Virus record (IMG/VR): IMGVR_UViG_3300027757_000725
Span: 32,001-96,000 of that record
Reading direction: 5' to 3' (one strand)
DNA length: 64,000 bases
Origin: a virus
Taxonomy: Duplodnaviria; Caudoviricetes
Shown here piece by piece: positions 38,085 to 46,676 of this stretch. The stretch's first letter is position 1. Every line of letters begins with the position of its first letter. Both the position numbers and the translations under genes were made by a program. Under the pieces are notes generated by a model that searched no databases, was not told where the DNA came from, and saw nothing but the letters and a program-made list of their open reading frames with translations.

Positions 38085-38828
38085 TTAAGGAGAGTGACCT
38101 ATGTCCATTCTTAGTGCTGGCACACCATGACCTATAACAGCTAAGTTCCTGAAGGAGGATGGACCCCCCAAAGTTATTATAAAGTTCGATTTTGTCAGGA
38201 TCATCATGTCTATGGCTGCATCTTCTTGGGATATTAAATCTCTATTCATATAGTCTCCATTTGACTTCGGTCTTGACGAATGCCATATTTTAAATTTAGA
38301 ATTTTCAATTAAATAATTAAACACTTCTTTGTTGTCTGTAGACAGGAAAACATCTTCAATTTTAAAATTGACTATCTGATTTATCATCTCGGGAGCTGGA
38401 GCTCTTGTTTGCCAATTACCTCTTACGTGTATAGATGTAAAATTATTTCTCTTCGGCATTCTATCCTCTAAAGATTGTTTTAGTTTTATTTTTTGAGCAC
38501 ACTCCTTGTAAAGCTGCCAATATTCGTCGGTGAAGCCTTTATCTAACCATTTCAAATGTTTCTGTAGACATCGTTTAACGCTAAAATCCCAACCAGTGAA
38601 AGTCTCATCTTCATCAATATTTCTTGCATAGCTTGGGTCGATTAAATCCAAACCTTCTATAGGCTTATATAATTGTTCAAAACTTGCTCTACATCCAAAA
38701 GTAGGTTCCCAAAGCAAAAGTGGTTTCATATTATTTATTTTAGATATAGCATATCCAGAACAAATTGTTGTCAACCTATTACCTAATCCATTTTTTTTAA
38801 TTCCGCAATTTAAAATAATTTCTTTCAT
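38085..38828 (-). CDS. Fucosyltransferase-like protein (NodZ/GT23/GT11 superfamily)
   Basis: GLGNRL; SIHVRG; VFLSTDN; AAIDMMIL; SSF. Confidence 0.75.
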   Translation of the reverse strand: MKEIILNCGIKKNGLGNRLTTICSGYAISKINNMKPLLLWEPTFGCRASFEQLYKPIEGLDLIDPSYARNIDEDETFTGWDFSVKRCLQKHLKWLDKGFTDEYWQLYKECAQKIKLKQSLEDRMPKRNNFTSIHVRGNWQTRAPAPEMINQIVNFKIEDVFLSTDNKEVFNYLIENSKFKIWHSSRPKSNGDYMNRDLISQEDAAIDMMILTKSNFIITLGGPSSFRNLAVIGHGVPALRMDIGHSP

Positions 38829-38831
38829 TTT

Positions 38832-40136
38832 TTATTTCAATGCATAAAGATACCTTCCATTTAAACAGTTAATTTCTTTATAGTTGTTTTTTTCTAACCA
38901 TAAATCTATTTCTTTTTCATGTTTAGTTTTTTTTGTTTGTATTATTTTTGGCTTACTTATTAAACTCTCCAATACATTAAACTCTTGACCTTCGGAGTTT
39001 ATACTTAGTAAGTCGATTTTTTCATTGTCAAAAACCACAAAAGGAAAACATTTTATGTATTGATTATCTTTCGTCAACTTTCTATCTATTTTTTTTGCAT
39101 TCTTAGTTAAACTCATTTTAACCAAATCATTATCTAAGCTGGACTCATTTTTTTTGTTTTTCAAAAAGAACCCGTCAGTCTCATATAAACCTATCGCTGC
39201 ATTGCACAAGCTTCCCTCGAACCTTTTTTGAGTCATGCCAAAAACCTCTATATTTGGTTCTATATAAATTTTATTTTTTGCTTTTATATTTTGTATCTCT
39301 GAATTCAACCCAACGCCTACCTCGCAAGCCGTATCTATATCTAAATTATATTCTTCACAATATTTTGATATTTGATCTTTTACTATATTGGTATCATATT
39401 TTAAGCCTATAAAGTCTTTACCATTGTCTTTCTCAAATCTTGTAGCTACTTCAAATCTGTTGTTTAAATACTTTATAGTTTCTTTTGTGAAGTTCCCATC
39501 ACTATAGTTTATATAATATAGGTGATCTTTATCTTTTTCAGCTATGTTGACTGCAGAATTAGCTATTACTTTTCTTAAATGATCAACACAATTCATTCTT
39601 CTTGGCCAGTCTAATTTACTTAATATCCAAGTTTCAAATGGCTTCTTATTTGTCATTTCTCCACGTATATCTCCAAGATCATTTCTGGACTCTTGTATAA
39701 TATCATAATTATACCAGTAAGGTCCATGAGGGGTAGAATAATCCCAAGCTTTTATACCTTCAACGGAGAGATTTGCTCCTATTTCTTTTAACCATCTACC
39801 CCAAACAGAATCAGGAGTATGGTTGAAACTTTTGCATGGAGTTATTTTCATCTCCTCTTCGCTGTTTTTTCTTGTTAGACAGCAATCATCATAAAACCAA
39901 AAAAATCCCTTAGGGTTCTTTTTAGAAGCTAGATAAACACATTCCTTTAAATCAGCATTTGTTTCTATTAACTCAACACCATGTAACCAATCTGGTATTT
40001 TTCTTCCAATTATTTGTACTTTGTATTTTCCTTTAAAATATTTATTTATACTCCTCAAGGCATACCTTAACTCAGTATCGTTGCCATCTTTTCCTCCGCC
40101 ATGATGAAGTGGTATTACTATTTTAGTAATATTCAT
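38832..40136 (-). CDS. Glycosyl/phosphotransferase-like domain fused to an FkbM-like methyltransferase
   Basis: Likely start MNITKIVIP at 40136; ELRYALRSI and WFYDD (Stealth-like); EVGVG, IEPN, IDLLSINSEGQEF. Confidence 0.65.
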   Translation of the reverse strand: MNITKIVIPLHHGGGKDGNDTELRYALRSINKYFKGKYKVQIIGRKIPDWLHGVELIETNADLKECVYLASKKNPKGFFWFYDDCCLTRKNSEEEMKITPCKSFNHTPDSVWGRWLKEIGANLSVEGIKAWDYSTPHGPYWYNYDIIQESRNDLGDIRGEMTNKKPFETWILSKLDWPRRMNCVDHLRKVIANSAVNIAEKDKDHLYYINYSDGNFTKETIKYLNNRFEVATRFEKDNGKDFIGLKYDTNIVKDQISKYCEEYNLDIDTACEVGVGLNSEIQNIKAKNKIYIEPNIEVFGMTQKRFEGSLCNAAIGLYETDGFFLKNKKNESSLDNDLVKMSLTKNAKKIDRKLTKDNQYIKCFPFVVFDNEKIDLLSINSEGQEFNVLESLISKPKIIQTKKTKHEKEIDLWLEKNNYKEINCLNGRYLYALK

Positions 40137-40147
40137 TTTTAATAAAT

Positions 40148-40660
40148 TTAAGAAGAAACCGTTACCGTTAAATTTGCCCCAGAATATATTCCTCTGACAT
40201 CGCACGGATCATCACTACCAAAAAACTCTTCTGCTTGACTCCACGTATTTGAGGCTCCCATGAAATACCACAAACCCTTATCGTTATCCCAATCTAAAAT
40301 AAACTGGAAGTATTCTTCTTCTGGATCACTTTCATTAACGCTTGTTTTGGAATAGCTGCAGTCTTGCCTTATTTCGTGCCAGCCATCCCAAGGTTGCCCA
40401 GAAGAAATTAATATTCGCTGTTGGTTGCAACAGGCGACTTGTGATAAGCTAACGCTAGGCAGTGAAAACATATTCATATAAACAGAAGAAGAAGAAGGAG
40501 TATAGCTCGAAGAGGAACTGGAAGCAGAACTGGAAGCAGAACTAGAAGCAGAGCTAGAAGCAGAGCTAGAAGCAGAACTAGAAGCGGAGCTAGAACCAGA
40601 GCTAGAACTAGAGCTAGAGAGGCTACTAGAGCTTTTTGATGATCCGTGATGATTTGCCAT
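40148..40660 (-). CDS. Protein with ~50-residue Ser-rich tract and small Cys/Trp C-terminal domain
   Basis: (SSSA)n tract. Confidence 0.7.
   Translation of the reverse strand: MANHHGSSKSSSSLSSSSSSSGSSSASSSASSSASSSASSSASSSASSSSSSYTPSSSSVYMNMFSLPSVSLSQVACCNQQRILISSGQPWDGWHEIRQDCSYSKTSVNESDPEEEYFQFILDWDNDKGLWYFMGASNTWSQAEEFFGSDDPCDVRGIYSGANLTVTVSS
40485..40640. repeat. Degenerate 12-bp tandem repeat (GCTAGAAGCAGA-like) encoding poly-Ser/SSSA
   Basis: Repeats visible directly. Confidence 0.85.
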
Positions 40661-40673
40661 ATCTGAAACTCTA

Positions 40674-41789
40674 TTATTTGTCTCTCAAATATTCATCTTC
40701 CTCTTTAAAGTGGTCCATGAAGTTTAGCATTCTCTCATTTGCTAAAAAGTCATCTTCCGATTTTTGTTCGAACTTTAAATCTAGAAATCCTTTTCTTATA
40801 CCAGTTATTTTGACTACTATTCTATTTGGTCTATTCCAAGGGAATAATGAAGAATTGACTTTAATACTTGCGTTGTCATCTATACTTAAACCTACAGCAC
40901 AAGGTTTATCTGTTGAATAACCTATTATTTCCAATGTACCTTTTTCACAAACCGATCTGAATTTTTGGCAAGTTTCCACACTCCAGTTTTTCTTATATTT
41001 TGGTCTTTCTATAATAACAACATCTTCAAACCTAACATCTGGAGCTTCCATACAGTAAAGCGCGGCAAACCCACTCTTGTACCAGTTGACGGGGACTATA
41101 CATGATTTAGAGCTGGAAGAAGAACCACCACTTGATGATGATGATGATGGACATTCTTCTACACTAAGCACAATTTCGGAATCACCATCTTCTACTAAAA
41201 CTCTATATTTCATTTCCCCACTACATTCACCCCCAGCAATAGCCTTGATCCCTAGAACAGGATTGTCGCCAGTATAACTCGCATAATCTAATATGGCAGC
41301 ATTATTATCCCCCTGACTCGACAGTTGTTTGAATTTTCTACCCCAAAATTGTATATTATCTCTTATGTAAAATTCGTCAATACTCGCCCCCTTCATCTTT
41401 AAAACCTTAAAGCCGAATTCTGTCATTCCATCTGCACTACTCTCCCATTCTCCTCCGCAAGAAAATTCTGCTTTATCATTTGTTGGCTCCTCCTCTTCTT
41501 CTAATTTAGCGCTTTCTATTTTGCCGTATTCATCTTCTGTTTTAATTAGAACACAAAATGTTTTTTCTTCTGTTTTGGCAATAGTGTATACCTCACCCTC
41601 CATATTTTCGATTGCAATCGGCTGGTTTCTTGATTCAACAGACCTACAGTCAAGGACATAAGCTTGAGTAAGACCAAATGTTATTTCTGTTCCGTCATTA
41701 CTAATTATATAAGGCTCGAACGGGAAAGCTAATGTTATTGGATCGTTTGATCCTCTTAGATTGCTGATGTTGTTAACAGATAATTCCAT
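40674..41789 (-). CDS. Putative virion protein with Cys-flanked Ser tract and tail-type C-terminal domain
   Basis: CPSSSSSSGGSSSSSKSC; LYCMEAPDVRFEDV...GIRKGF resembles fibre C-terminal domains. Confidence 0.5.
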   Translation of the reverse strand: MELSVNNISNLRGSNDPITLAFPFEPYIISNDGTEITFGLTQAYVLDCRSVESRNQPIAIENMEGEVYTIAKTEEKTFCVLIKTEDEYGKIESAKLEEEEEPTNDKAEFSCGGEWESSADGMTEFGFKVLKMKGASIDEFYIRDNIQFWGRKFKQLSSQGDNNAAILDYASYTGDNPVLGIKAIAGGECSGEMKYRVLVEDGDSEIVLSVEECPSSSSSSGGSSSSSKSCIVPVNWYKSGFAALYCMEAPDVRFEDVVIIERPKYKKNWSVETCQKFRSVCEKGTLEIIGYSTDKPCAVGLSIDDNASIKVNSSLFPWNRPNRIVVKITGIRKGFLDLKFEQKSEDDFLANERMLNFMDHFKEEDEYLRDK

Positions 41790-41790
41790 A

Positions 41791-42090
41791 TTATATTTCC
41801 TTTATATTTATAATTTCTCCTCTTTCGTCATAAAAATACAAATTATCAAAATCAGAGAAATTTATATAATTTACTTGCTTTATTCTTTTCTCTACAGCAG
41901 TTGAAGCTAAACTATAAAAATATTTTCTACCACCAGATCTTATGGTGCCATCTGGGTATAAAAATTCTTTTTCTGCAAAATAACAATCTTTCATTTTGGT
42001 ACCAGACCATACTTCTATGTAAGCAAATTCGTTATCAAAATCATGCTTTTTGGTTTCTAATTTTATTGTTTTTTTAAGTACAGTTTTCAT
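41791..42090 (-). CDS. Hypothetical protein
   Basis: ORF in operon context. Confidence 0.6.
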   Translation of the reverse strand: MKTVLKKTIKLETKKHDFDNEFAYIEVWSGTKMKDCYFAEKEFLYPDGTIRSGGRKYFYSLASTAVEKRIKQVNYINFSDFDNLYFYDERGEIINIKEI

Positions 42091-42409
42091 TTTCTTTTCT
42101 TTTCTGTATAAACATAGCTTTTGCTAGTATCATGTAGTTAACTACATCTTCACATGCATCATACACACTTTCATCGCTAACTTTTAATTCGCCGTCTTCT
42201 GTAAAGCTTCTTATCCTTTGTATCTTATCCATGACTCGCATCATTATCCCTAAAATTGGGTCTACACCTAATATTTTAGAGCTTTTGAAGTTGGCAAATA
42301 TATCACTGCTCTTTTCTCCACCAGTATAGTCGGAGTTTTTCTTGAGCATGATTTCTAGACATTTTTTTGAAGTTTCTTCGTGTATTTTTTTTAGTTCTTT
42401 TAAATCCAT
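42074..42409 (-). CDS. DUF1599 / nucleotide-modification-associated domain protein (MazG-like fold)
   Basis: KKNSDY...DIFANF...MRVMDKIQRI...ESVYD..EDVVNY. Confidence 0.75.
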   Translation of the reverse strand: MDLKELKKIHEETSKKCLEIMLKKNSDYTGGEKSSDIFANFKSSKILGVDPILGIMMRVMDKIQRIRSFTEDGELKVSDESVYDACEDVVNYMILAKAMFIQKRKENENCT

Positions 42410-42415
42410 ATAACA

Positions 42416-42456
42416 ATTATAACATAAAAATAACTGTATTCAACAATAATATACAC
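42416..42456 (-). promoter_or_regulatory. Tandem promoters: GTGTAT motif plus TTGAAT-16-TATAAT with TGn extension (leaderless)
   Basis: atacac 42451-42456; attcaa 42438-42443; attata 42416-42421; ATG 6 nt downstream. Confidence 0.65.
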
Positions 42457-42635
42457 TGATTTTTAATTTCCAGTTCTCCAAATATAATACCTCATATTTC
42501 TTCTGATGCATTGTTTAAAGAGCGAATTTTAGTTTGATTAATTGCAAATTATTTTTTAAACAAAAACAATAAAATATATTAAATGCCAGCGTCGTTTATG
42601 TTCCCATATAGTATGTGGCTGTGTATAAGATTTAT

Positions 42636-42890
42636 ATGACAGATTCATCTACACAGACAAGCCTATTAAAGACTATAGGAGCCCTTGGAGCTATAAGAGT
42701 TTCCAGCGCTGATGAAACAATAACTGGAAGCTTTATGGCTATCCATGCACTTGCAGATACAACAATTTTAACTAATACAGAGGGTAATATAGATAACTTT
42801 GTAGGCACTGTTATTTCTACTGGAGACGTTATAGTCGGTGAATGGACTACTTTGAGGATTTCAGGAGAAGCCATCATATACAAGGGGTAA
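42636..42890 (+). CDS. Small beta-rich virion protein
   Basis: Likely start MTDSS 9 nt after GTGTAT; GSFMAIHAL...GDVIVGEWT...SG.AIIY. Confidence 0.6.
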   Translation: MTDSSTQTSLLKTIGALGAIRVSSADETITGSFMAIHALADTTILTNTEGNIDNFVGTVISTGDVIVGEWTTLRISGEAIIYKG

Positions 42891-42893
42891 AAA

Positions 42894-43025
42894 ATGAGAT
42901 TTTTAAATTTATCTCTCAATTGCATACAAAGGCACATAAGATCAACAGTTTCTGTTATTTGCTGCGACTACCTTTGGCAGGATAATATATTATGGAAAGA
43001 TAATTGCTCTTGGAGCGAATCATAA
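42894..43025 (+). CDS. 43-aa Trp-periodic micro-protein (absent from ORF track), paralogue of 51643-51906
   Basis: MRFLNLSLNCIQRHIRSTVSVICCDYLWQDNILWKDNCSWSES. Confidence 0.75.
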   Translation: MRFLNLSLNCIQRHIRSTVSVICCDYLWQDNILWKDNCSWSES

Positions 43026-43059
43026 ACAACAACACTAAATAAAAACAAATTTTTAAAAA

Positions 43060-43647
43060 ATGTCTCAACAAAACTTTACACCAACTGGGGGCTCCACTCA
43101 CTTAGACGCAAGAACCATTTATAACGCCAATGCTGATGATGCAGAATCTAGGTTGGCTATCTTGGAATCATCAACAGTTATAGCCTCTGACATAGACTCA
43201 GAGACAGCCCCAGACAATTATGTTTTAACAGCAGATGGAGCTGGTAACACAGCTTGGGAAGCTGGTGGAGGTGGAGGAGCGCTTTTTAATGTTGCTCTTG
43301 TTACTGGAGTTACACACACACAAGTAAACACCGATAGTCACCACTTATACGATGACACTCTTTTGGGAGATGACAATGGTGGCAGTGGTAGCGGTAGTGG
43401 TAGCGGTAGTGGCAGCGGTGGAAGTAGCGGACCCTGTATAGTTGTAGATCTATTACCTACAGCTCAACATATTGGAGTTACACATCATAAAAAAATAGGC
43501 GACTCCTGCGACATTCTACTTTTACCACCAAGTGGAGTTTTGTTCGATGGCTTGGAAAGTGATGGTCTTGTTAGCGGTTATTCTTTAACTTCGCAACATG
43601 AGTCAATATCAATATTTACTGACGGCACAGATTACTTTATACAATAA
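43060..43647 (+). CDS. Short fibre/adaptor protein with (Ser-Gly)n insert
   Basis: N-terminus shared with 58097; YVLTADGAG..AW fibre motif; GGSGSGSGSGSGSGG; C-terminal LP...KKI...FDG...SISIFTDG fibre domain. Confidence 0.65.
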   Translation: MSQQNFTPTGGSTHLDARTIYNANADDAESRLAILESSTVIASDIDSETAPDNYVLTADGAGNTAWEAGGGGGALFNVALVTGVTHTQVNTDSHHLYDDTLLGDDNGGSGSGSGSGSGSGGSSGPCIVVDLLPTAQHIGVTHHKKIGDSCDILLLPPSGVLFDGLESDGLVSGYSLTSQHESISIFTDGTDYFIQ

Positions 43648-44612
43648 TGAGTCACACACCAAAAGTTCCACCTATAGCAAAATCAACAGCAGAATTACCT
43701 TTAAATGCTGATGATGGAACTATTGCTTTTGATACATCCAAAGAAAAAACTGTAGTAATCAAGAACAATAGCGTAGAAGACATCTCTGGTGGAGATCCTA
43801 GTGTTGTAGGGACGCCATCAATTGTGTTTTTTCAAGGTGGTCGTGTAGAAACAGTACAAGGAGACTTTGTCGGACTGGACAAAATATATAATAATCCAAC
43901 ATTAGGAGACAAGGTTAATTATTTGGTTATAGGATCATCTTGCACAGAGATACAAAATCAATGTTTTTTATTTAACGCATTTGGAGAAGGAACTACAGGA
44001 GACTTTACACTGACTATACCACCAAATTTAAAGAAGATTGGAAATGGTTCTTTTAACAATATCGATGATGTGGCAACTACTTGCGGGATAAAATTAAAAT
44101 TTACCGAAGGCTTAGAATATATTGGCTTATCTGGATTTTCTAATAATGAGAGAATAACAGGAGAAATAAAATTACCAGATAGTTTAACTTTTATTGGTGC
44201 TTTTGCTTTTTCACAAATAGGAAATGCTACAAACCCTATTAATAAATTTACATTTGGCTCTGGTCTTACGGCAATAAGCTGGAGATGTCTTGCATCTTCG
44301 TATATAACTGATATAGTAATACCAAACGGAGTAAAGACGCTCGAAAATTCATGCTTCATGAATATTACTGTATTAGCAAACCTTACAATACCTTCTAGTG
44401 TTGATAATATTGAAAACGAATTCATAGCTTATAGCTCCTCTCTTACATCACTGAACTGTTATGCCGTGAAAGAGGCTTTTGAAAGCCAATCTCTTTTAAA
44501 CTCTTCTATCATAACTATTCACGCTAGAATAAACGATAGCTCATGGACTGCTGGCTCTGGTCAAACAATTGGTGGTAAATCAGGAATTGAAGTAATTAAA
44601 GATTTAACTTAA
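43647..44612 (+). CDS. BspA-type leucine-rich-repeat adhesin, MSHT paralogue 1
   Basis: IPxxxxxIGxxxF repeats; N-terminal LP....GTIAFDT; C-terminal QTIGGKSGIEVIKDL. Confidence 0.75.
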   Translation: MSHTPKVPPIAKSTAELPLNADDGTIAFDTSKEKTVVIKNNSVEDISGGDPSVVGTPSIVFFQGGRVETVQGDFVGLDKIYNNPTLGDKVNYLVIGSSCTEIQNQCFLFNAFGEGTTGDFTLTIPPNLKKIGNGSFNNIDDVATTCGIKLKFTEGLEYIGLSGFSNNERITGEIKLPDSLTFIGAFAFSQIGNATNPINKFTFGSGLTAISWRCLASSYITDIVIPNGVKTLENSCFMNITVLANLTIPSSVDNIENEFIAYSSSLTSLNCYAVKEAFESQSLLNSSIITIHARINDSSWTAGSGQTIGGKSGIEVIKDLT

Positions 44613-44628
44613 AAATAAAAAATAAAAA

Positions 44629-45216
44629 ATGAAATATGCAATTTTATATAGATCTGGGTACATCTTAGAAATAAGAGATACAGAACCCACCGAAGAAGAT
44701 CTTGCACCAGAATATTTAACATTTGAAGAAATTTCAGATGAGGATGCGGTAACATTTGAATCTTCAAGTGAATCAATGCATTATATCAATGGTTCTTTGA
44801 TGGATGAAAAATCATACAGAGACTACATTGAAGTCAGAGCTTTAAATGAAAAAATAGACAAGGATTTTCCCGAAGATCTTGAAGGTGCAAAAAAAGTTTC
44901 AAGAAAGTATTTTGCGAATAAAAGGTATCAATTTGAAGTTGGTGGTATTGATGTGGGTGGTCTTGAAGTTAGAACTGACAGACTTACAGTTTCAAGAATT
45001 TATCAAGCAGACCATCTTGCTTCAGCTGATCCAACTTTTGCTACAGAGTGGAAGCTTGGTGATGGTTCGTTTATTACTGTAGATGCAACTTTAATTGGTC
45101 AGCTTTCAGCATCAATAACTTCGCACATTCAAAACTCTTTTTCTAGAGAGAGAATCGCAAATCAAGGTGTAGATGCCGCCACAACAATCGAAGAACTAAA
45201 AGCTGTAGAGTGGTAA
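44629..45216 (+). CDS. DUF4376-like tail fibre assembly protein
   Basis: RYQFEVGGI...RTDR...WKLGDGSF...ATTIEELKAVEW. Confidence 0.75.
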   Translation: MKYAILYRSGYILEIRDTEPTEEDLAPEYLTFEEISDEDAVTFESSSESMHYINGSLMDEKSYRDYIEVRALNEKIDKDFPEDLEGAKKVSRKYFANKRYQFEVGGIDVGGLEVRTDRLTVSRIYQADHLASADPTFATEWKLGDGSFITVDATLIGQLSASITSHIQNSFSRERIANQGVDAATTIEELKAVEW

Positions 45217-45217
45217 A

Positions 45218-45952
45218 ATGAGTCACACTTCACAAAGTCCCGTATCAAAATATTCAACCGCAAATCTTCCGACTACTGCGGATATTGGAGCTATTGCTTA
45301 CGACACTGATAAAGAGCAACTTGTTTTTTTTGAGTCTGGCGGCTTCTGGAATAGTCTTGGAGGTGCTGGCGTCGATGCGCTTACTGATACGTATATTATA
45401 AACGCCACTACAAATGAAATAAAATCAATATCTGGAGATGTACCCCAAGATTGGGGTGTTAGCAGTATAGATTTTAGGAGTTTAATAGTTGGAAGTAGCG
45501 CTGAAACTATTGGCAGAGATGCTTTTAACAGGCAATCATGGTATGGATATGAATTTACAGGTAATTTAAATATACCGATTGGGGTAAAGTATATTAAACA
45601 AGGTGCGTTTTTTTCAAATGACTTTACTGGTAAGCTTATTTTGCCAGAAGGTCTTATAGAGATAGAAAGTTATGGTTTAGGGCTTTTGCAGGATATGGAT
45701 GCTGGATCACTAGACGAAGCGGGTATGGTTATACCTTCTAGCGTTACCAGTATTGATTCATGGGCTTTTGCAAGTAACCCTATAGTGAGAATTGATTGTT
45801 ATGCACCAAAATACGCGTTTAAAGTAAATTCCTTGAGTACCAATACCGTTTTGCAAACTATTCATGTTCCAATTAATGATACTACATTCACAGCAGGACC
45901 AAATCAAACAGTTGGCGATAAAACAGGACTAGAAATAATTAAAGATTTATAA
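45218..45952 (+). CDS. BspA-type LRR adhesin, MSHT paralogue 2
   Basis: Same termini (QTVGDKTGLEIIKDL); LRR repeats. Confidence 0.75.
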   Translation: MSHTSQSPVSKYSTANLPTTADIGAIAYDTDKEQLVFFESGGFWNSLGGAGVDALTDTYIINATTNEIKSISGDVPQDWGVSSIDFRSLIVGSSAETIGRDAFNRQSWYGYEFTGNLNIPIGVKYIKQGAFFSNDFTGKLILPEGLIEIESYGLGLLQDMDAGSLDEAGMVIPSSVTSIDSWAFASNPIVRIDCYAPKYAFKVNSLSTNTVLQTIHVPINDTTFTAGPNQTVGDKTGLEIIKDL

Positions 45953-45954
45953 TA

Positions 45955-46641
45955 ATGTCTCACACAACTAAAAATCCAGCACTAAAATATACAACAAGTG
46001 ATTTACCTTTAGACTCACCTGTCGGGACTTTAGCTTACGATACAACCGAAAATGTTTACAAATCCTTTGGAGGTTCTTCATGGAGTAAGCTACAGGGAGG
46101 TGCTGGAAGCTCTTCTTATTCTATTCATAGTGACGGTAAGATTGATACTATTTACGGAGATATTCCACAACAATATTATAGAATTTCAAATGATATCGAC
46201 TCTATGATAATAGGATCATCATGCACTAGCATATCTAAGCAAGCTTTTGATAGTTCTAGTCTTTCTAAAATAATTATACCTAGTACTGTAACTACAATAG
46301 GTGAGGAGAGCTTTTCATATTGTTCCTTTGATAGCAATGGTCTTAATCTCACAGAAGGTTTATTAACAATTGAAACATTCGCGTTTTTTCAGGTTACTTA
46401 CCCAGACCAATCCATAGATATACCAAGTACTGTTATTGAAATAGGTAGTAGCGCGTTTTCCTCCTCTAATATTACGAATTTAAATTGTTATGTTGAGTTT
46501 GATGTTATAAATTCATCAAATAGCTTAAGCGCCTCAAATGTAACAGCCATCCACGTTCGCTCAACCGACTCAACTTGGACGGCTGGGGGTGGTCAAACCA
46601 TTGGAGGTAAGACAGGTATTACCGTAATTAAAGATTTATAA
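45955..46641 (+). CDS. BspA-type LRR adhesin, MSHT paralogue 3
   Basis: Same termini (QTIGGKTGITVIKDL); LRR repeats. Confidence 0.75.
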   Translation: MSHTTKNPALKYTTSDLPLDSPVGTLAYDTTENVYKSFGGSSWSKLQGGAGSSSYSIHSDGKIDTIYGDIPQQYYRISNDIDSMIIGSSCTSISKQAFDSSSLSKIIIPSTVTTIGEESFSYCSFDSNGLNLTEGLLTIETFAFFQVTYPDQSIDIPSTVIEIGSSAFSSSNITNLNCYVEFDVINSSNSLSASNVTAIHVRSTDSTWTAGGGQTIGGKTGITVIKDL

Positions 46642-46642
46642 G

Positions 46643-46671
46643 TTGAGAAGCTACGCTTTCTTGGTTATAAT
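46643..46671 (+). promoter_or_regulatory. Sigma70-type promoter TTGAGA-17-TATAAT, leaderless for 46677
   Basis: ATG 5 nt after TATAAT. Confidence 0.7.
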
Positions 46672-46676
46672 TAGTA

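Noticed and set aside
42460-42615. AT-rich intergenic stretch as ncRNA or ORF
   Set aside because: Only very short ORFs and one weak hairpin; explained as spacer between divergent promoters.
43647-46641. Diversity-generating retroelement or invertible shufflon
   Set aside because: No reverse transcriptase, recombinase, near-identical template repeat or inverted crossover sites visible; all copies are on one strand.
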